Origin: Puniceicoccaceae bacterium
Lineage (GTDB): Bacteria; Verrucomicrobiota; Verrucomicrobiia; Opitutales; Oceanipulchritudinaceae
Reading direction: 5' to 3'
Length of the DNA stretch: 64,000 nucleotides
NCBI GenBank assembly: GCA_040830765.1
Contig: JBFOMH010000003.1
Location: forward strand, 114,434 to 178,433
Part shown: positions 59,832-64,000 of the stretch, piece after piece
How positions within the stretch are numbered: position 1 is the first letter of the stretch
Layout: every line of letters begins with the position of its first letter
The notes under the pieces: generated by a model
Databases searched by the model: none
What the model was told of the DNA's origin: nothing
Seen by the model: the letters and a program-made list of their open reading frames with translations, nothing else
Made by a program: the position numbers and the translations under genes

Positions 59832-61136
59832 TTAATTGAGAGGCGGAAGAAGGAAACCGGCGGCCAGACGATGTCTTTTCTGCTTATCCTGGTGCAGGCG
59901 GTTGCGCCGCGCGGAGCGCAATCCCTTTTGTAAAACCGCTCTTTGGGCAGCATCCAGCTGCTCCACTTGCAGGGAGGCCAGCTTTCGGGCGGTATCCCGG
60001 GTGGAGACGTCTGCATAGCGGGACAGGAACGCGCTCAGGGAAGCCGGGCTTTCCTCCGGTTCCATCTTATCAAGCCATTGCATCAACTCCCGTATGATCG
60101 CCTGTGAAGAACCCTCCTGAACAGCTCGCCTGACCTTACGGAACTGCTGGGCCTCGGAATTGGCCCGCTTGGCGAACCACTCGAGAATCCGACGCCAGAG
60201 CCGATCGCGAAAAGCCGCTGTTAGGAGTAACAAACCGACAACGGGCAGGAGCAGCCACCGGTAATTGTCTCCTGAACCAGTCTCCTGAATGGGAGAGACA
60301 TCGGCGACCATGGCAGGATTGGGCTCCACAACAACCGTAGCCCCGGGCAGCAATTCCCTCCGAAGGACGGATGCATCCATGTCCCACCAGAAAAATTCAT
60401 AGGGCGGCAACTGAATCTCTCCTGGGGTCTCAAAGACGTAGGCAATTGATTCCGTACGGGAACCCGACAAGGTTCCCCGATCCGTCCTGTCCTCTACCAG
60501 GGGTTCCTTTGGATAGGTGGAAACGCCGTTGATCTCCGGATGGCCAGTTTTGGCAAAGGCCATCCCGGGAATGTCCACAGCGGAGAACCGGATGCTGCGC
60601 TGGATGGAGTCGCCTACCATTATCGATTCCTTCAGTGAGGTCCACTCTTGGTCCACCTCAAGGCGGTTCGTGGAAACCAGCCAGGCTATGTCCTCCGCCC
60701 CGGGCGGCATGCGGGCTTGGAACGTCAGGCCGGGAACAATGACATTTTGCGTCGTTTCGGAAGCATTCATGCCCCATGTACGGGTAGCAACCTCCGCCGC
60801 AAAGGAGGGAATTTCAACAAGACCGGGCCGCTGGGGAAAGACGGACAACTCATACCGTTGACCGGTGTAGCTCTCACCCCGGATGGTTTCCTGTATGCGG
60901 ACGCCTTGTGATTGGGTGCGCATGACAAACGTCCCGGGAACATCCATCCGGTCGTAACGCTTGATCTGGGCCCAGCCATCCTTGCCCAGCACTTCCACAT
61001 GTACGATGACCCGCTGGCCGACCCAGGCCTCCTCCTCGGCAACCTTGGTCCGCACAACTACCTCTTCGGCGGTCAGGCCAGTCAATAAGCCAACGATAAT
61101 CAGTGTCAGGAAGAACCCTTTTCGGTGTCGCCTCAT
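59832..61136 (-). CDS. batD: BatD-family protein
   Basis: Signal peptide, WVGQ, VFPQRPG, VGD...R, YPKEP, WWD, C-terminal TM and LPPLN end. Confidence 0.8.
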   Translation of the reverse strand: MRRHRKGFFLTLIIVGLLTGLTAEEVVVRTKVAEEEAWVGQRVIVHVEVLGKDGWAQIKRYDRMDVPGTFVMRTQSQGVRIQETIRGESYTGQRYELSVFPQRPGLVEIPSFAAEVATRTWGMNASETTQNVIVPGLTFQARMPPGAEDIAWLVSTNRLEVDQEWTSLKESIMVGDSIQRSIRFSAVDIPGMAFAKTGHPEINGVSTYPKEPLVEDRTDRGTLSGSRTESIAYVFETPGEIQLPPYEFFWWDMDASVLRRELLPGATVVVEPNPAMVADVSPIQETGSGDNYRWLLLPVVGLLLLTAAFRDRLWRRILEWFAKRANSEAQQFRKVRRAVQEGSSQAIIRELMQWLDKMEPEESPASLSAFLSRYADVSTRDTARKLASLQVEQLDAAQRAVLQKGLRSARRNRLHQDKQKRHRLAAGFLLPPLN

Positions 61137-61753
61137 TCCTGCCCCCCTTCATCACCCCGGGCAAACTGGTAAGCAAACTTGGCTCGCAGAAAGTCGGCCG
61201 GCTTGGTCTGCACCTGGCGCAACCACAAGGCCTGCAGTTCCGAATCAGTCATCTGCATGGACTCCTCGACCACTTCCTCGCCGGAGGAGGGAGAGGAGGA
61301 CCCCTCGGTAAAGACAATCTCGTCAGCTCCCAGCATTCCGCCGGTCATTTCCCCACCCTCGCGTTGGAGCAGCTCCGCCCGGGCCCGGGCGATGTCACGA
61401 TTGACCGTTGCATCCTCCCATCCGGGCCGAAGCTCCAGGGCGCGGTCGTAGCGTCTGACGGCTTCCTCGTACTGCCCCTGCATGACAAGACTGTTTCCCC
61501 GGTTAAAGGCGGATTCGGCGGTATCCTGTCCGGCGAAGATCGCTCCGGCGTCCTTGAATGCGCCATCCCGATAAAGGGCCGCCCCCTTCCATTGCGGATC
61601 ACTGAAAGCGACTGCCGCAGAATTGTAGTCCCCTCTTGTATACATTCGCATCCCTACCTGGTCGGGACGGAAAAGGGCGAAACTACCCGAATAGAGGCAC
61701 CACGCCAGCGCGGCAACAATGGGCAGCGTGGTCATAATGGTCTTGGGCTTCAT
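61133..61753 (-). CDS. TPR protein (BatC-like)
   Basis: W.G.ALYR.G.F..A, FNRGN.L...G.Y.EA..Y..AL..P; WLRQVQTKPADFLR. Confidence 0.8.
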   Translation of the reverse strand: MKPKTIMTTLPIVAALAWCLYSGSFALFRPDQVGMRMYTRGDYNSAAVAFSDPQWKGAALYRDGAFKDAGAIFAGQDTAESAFNRGNSLVMQGQYEEAVRRYDRALELRPGWEDATVNRDIARARAELLQREGGEMTGGMLGADEIVFTEGSSSPSSGEEVVEESMQMTDSELQALWLRQVQTKPADFLRAKFAYQFARGDEGGQE

Positions 61754-62649
61754 TGAGTCACCCATCCTTTCCTTGACCAGAAGAGGGCGCATAAGGCAAT
61801 TAGTGGAAGGATGGCGTAGCCGCTGTCCCGCCAACGGTCCTGTCCGGTTTCTGTTCCTGTGGTCCAGTCCGAGCGGGCCCGGCGGGCGATGCGCTGCACA
61901 TCGGTTGAGTCAACGGTGAGCCGGGTGATATCGCCGCGCAGCAGGGAGGCCGCCTGCTGCATCCCGGGGTCCAGAGGACCTTGAGGAGACTGGATGGCCA
62001 GGAACTGGACCGGCAGCCGGGTGGTTTCCGCCAGCTCATTGGATGCGGACACAGAGTCCGCCAGGACAACAACGGAACCAGGCACACCAGCTCGCTTGAG
62101 GAGGGAATCCGCCTTGACCAGTGCCGCTCCAAGAGCATCCCCGTCGGTCGGCATCAGGCCTGGAACGAGGTCTTCTATCATTGCGGAAATGATGCGCTGG
62201 TCACGCGTCAGGGGCATCACCAGGTGGGCACTTCCACTGTAGACTATCAGGGCAGTCGGCGCACCCGACCGCTCTTCCAGCAAGTCCCGCAGCTTGAACT
62301 TGGCCCGTTCAAGGCGGTTCGGCTGGAGGTCCTCTGCGTTCATGGTCTCACTTACCTTGAGAAGCATTACCAGCCCGGCATCCTCCCCGGCAAAGGGGCT
62401 GGGTTCCCGTTGCCAGGCCGGACCAGCCAGGGCCACGACGATTATCAGCCAAAGGACCAGCAGCATATTCACCGGCCGGAGCCAGCGCTTGCCGGACTGA
62501 CCAATGAAAAGATGTTCCAGCAAATGGGGATCCACCACGCCCTGCATGGCGCTCAGGGCATCCTGCCTGCGGAAAATCTGCCACCAGAGGATGAGTACCG
62601 GGACAAATGCCAAGAGCCACAACGGCCGGATGAAGTGAAAGTCAGTCAT
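61750..62649 (-). CDS. VWA-domain protein (BatB-like)
   Basis: FHFIRPLWL, VDPHLL, ALAGPAW, P.RLERAK, YSGSAH.V.PLT; degenerate MIDAS (KVSETM). Confidence 0.82.
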   Translation of the reverse strand: MTDFHFIRPLWLLAFVPVLILWWQIFRRQDALSAMQGVVDPHLLEHLFIGQSGKRWLRPVNMLLVLWLIIVVALAGPAWQREPSPFAGEDAGLVMLLKVSETMNAEDLQPNRLERAKFKLRDLLEERSGAPTALIVYSGSAHLVMPLTRDQRIISAMIEDLVPGLMPTDGDALGAALVKADSLLKRAGVPGSVVVLADSVSASNELAETTRLPVQFLAIQSPQGPLDPGMQQAASLLRGDITRLTVDSTDVQRIARRARSDWTTGTETGQDRWRDSGYAILPLIALCALFWSRKGWVTQ

Positions 62650-63638
62650 GCGGCGACCGCCTTTCTCCGGCTGTGCGAGACCATCAAAAGTCCCGCTTGC
62701 CACACCATTCCAACTACCAACAGGGCCGCCAGCGGCCAATGAAACAAGTCCCGCCGCGGCCGATAGGTTTCCATCTCCACCTCGCGTGTATCCAGCCGGT
62801 CGAGTTCCGCATAGATTCCCTGCAGTTCCTCGCGGTCATTGGCATGAAAATACAAGCCATCCGTGGTATCCGCCACCGATTGCAAGGCCTCCTCATCGAG
62901 CAGCTCCTCGCCGATGGCTGAAGGATCGCCGACGCCAACCACATGGACCGTTATCCCGTTGTCCCGTGCCACCTTGGCCGCCTCGTAGGGGGGAATCTTG
63001 CTCCCGGTGTCGTTGCCATCCGTTAACGCGATCATGACCCGGTTTTCGAGCTCACTCCTTTGGAAGAGCGTAATGCCCAGCCCCATGGCATCCCCGAAAG
63101 CCGTTCGCGGACCGGCCATGCGGACAGCCGTCTCCTCAAGCAGCAACCGGCAGGCATCAAGGTCCTGGGTGAACGGCACCTGCACAAAGGCCGCGTTGCC
63201 AAAGACGATCAGGCCAACCCGGTCCCCTTCCCTATTCTCGAGGAAATCATCCAGCACCTCCTTGACCGCGGCAAGCCGGTCGACTTGCTGGCCCGCCGCG
63301 TTTGTGAAGTCCCGCGTTTCCATCGATCCGGATAAGTCAACCAGCAGGAGCAGGTCACGGGTCGGCAAGACGTGGCTGACCGGTTCCTCAATGAATTGTG
63401 GGCGGGCCAGGGCAAGGACCAGCAGCACCCATCCCATGAATGCCGCGACGAGGCGGATCCAGCTGGTTTTGCGGATAACAGCCCCCTCAGCAGGGCTCAG
63501 GCGCAGTAGACTCGCCATCCGTTCAAACCAGGGAACACGGATGGCGGGTTGGGATTCCTTGTAGGCCGGCAGGGTGTAGTGAAGAAGGACCGGCAAGGCT
63601 ATCAGCAAAAGCAACCAGGGATAGGAAAGGGTCACCAT
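62646..63638 (-). CDS. batA: VWA-domain protein (BatA-like)
   Basis: ALARPQ, MIDAS DLSGSM, DRVGLIVFG, TAFGDA, LTDGNDT. Confidence 0.88.
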   Translation of the reverse strand: MVTLSYPWLLLLIALPVLLHYTLPAYKESQPAIRVPWFERMASLLRLSPAEGAVIRKTSWIRLVAAFMGWVLLVLALARPQFIEEPVSHVLPTRDLLLLVDLSGSMETRDFTNAAGQQVDRLAAVKEVLDDFLENREGDRVGLIVFGNAAFVQVPFTQDLDACRLLLEETAVRMAGPRTAFGDAMGLGITLFQRSELENRVMIALTDGNDTGSKIPPYEAAKVARDNGITVHVVGVGDPSAIGEELLDEEALQSVADTTDGLYFHANDREELQGIYAELDRLDTREVEMETYRPRRDLFHWPLAALLVVGMVWQAGLLMVSHSRRKAVAA

Positions 63639-63639
63639 C

Positions 63640-64000
63640 TCAACTGCTCCCCTCCATTAATGGGTCCACCTCTGTCCGGTGATTCCTAATCCAGTACGCT
63701 GCCGCCTCCTTCAAGGCTGTTTCGATTTCAGCTGTTCCATCACCTGCAACCAATGCCGCCAAGTCCACCCCGGGACAGGTCCGGCCAAGAAACTCAACCC
63801 ATTCCGCCCCATGCAGGGAAGCTACCTCCTCGCGGGGAAAGACTGCCAGTGCCACCCGCTTCAGGAGGACGGACAGTTCATAGGTTGTTCCAACTTCTTC
63901 CAGAAGCAACAACCCTGCCCGCCGGTAGGCATTGCGACGCCTCTGTTCCACCATGGACCAGGCGAGGAACAGGATCAATGAGAGGACAACCGCCAGCAGC
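63640..64000 (-). CDS. DUF4381 protein, 5'-truncated by window edge
   Basis: TM then RRNAYRRA, LLKRVAL, VASLHG.EW..FL; frame open to the edge. Confidence 0.8.
   Translation of the reverse strand, partial: LLAVVLSLILFLAWSMVEQRRRNAYRRAGLLLLEEVGTTYELSVLLKRVALAVFPREEVASLHGAEWVEFLGRTCPGVDLAALVAGDGTAEIETALKEAAAYWIRNHRTEVDPLMEGSS

Noticed and set aside
1..64000. CRISPR arrays, tRNA/rRNA, integrases, transposases
   Set aside because: None recognised by eye; small ncRNAs cannot be excluded without an Rfam/tRNAscan search

Overview
Bacterial genomic window, most consistent with a marine Verrucomicrobiota (Opitutales-like) organism. This is inferred from the Opitutae-style TonB-dependent receptor without SusD and the high sulfatase/GH29 density. 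Bases 1-34.4 kb form a large sulfated, fucose-containing glycan utilisation locus: 7 Cys-type sulfatases (one fused to a GH141-like beta-helix), 3 GH29 fucosidases, a TBDR, a GH130 phosphorylase, a mutarotase, MFS and SSS transporters, 2 AraC regulators and several unassigned beta-helix/beta-propeller proteins. Its left end (1.8-11 kb) is a reciprocally decayed duplication of a three-gene block, wrapped around a yidL/yidJ/yidK-like cassette. Two promoters 12 kb apart share an AraC-type tandem box. To the right lie a vapBC pair, a GH17/GH1/GPH beta-glucan module and a DUF4956 + exported phosphatase + convergent exported CotH-like kinase trio (best candidate for an undescribed system). These are followed by an Asp-box propeller protein, a DUF1302-DUF1329-YCF48-RND system, REP-like hairpins, a DUF2878-DUF1295-DUF6134-lipocalin operon divergent from an OMP + ColRS-like two-component system, and a Bat/VWA operon running off the right edge. 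No rRNA, tRNA, CRISPR array or transposase was seen. All family calls come from motif recognition by eye, not database searches.
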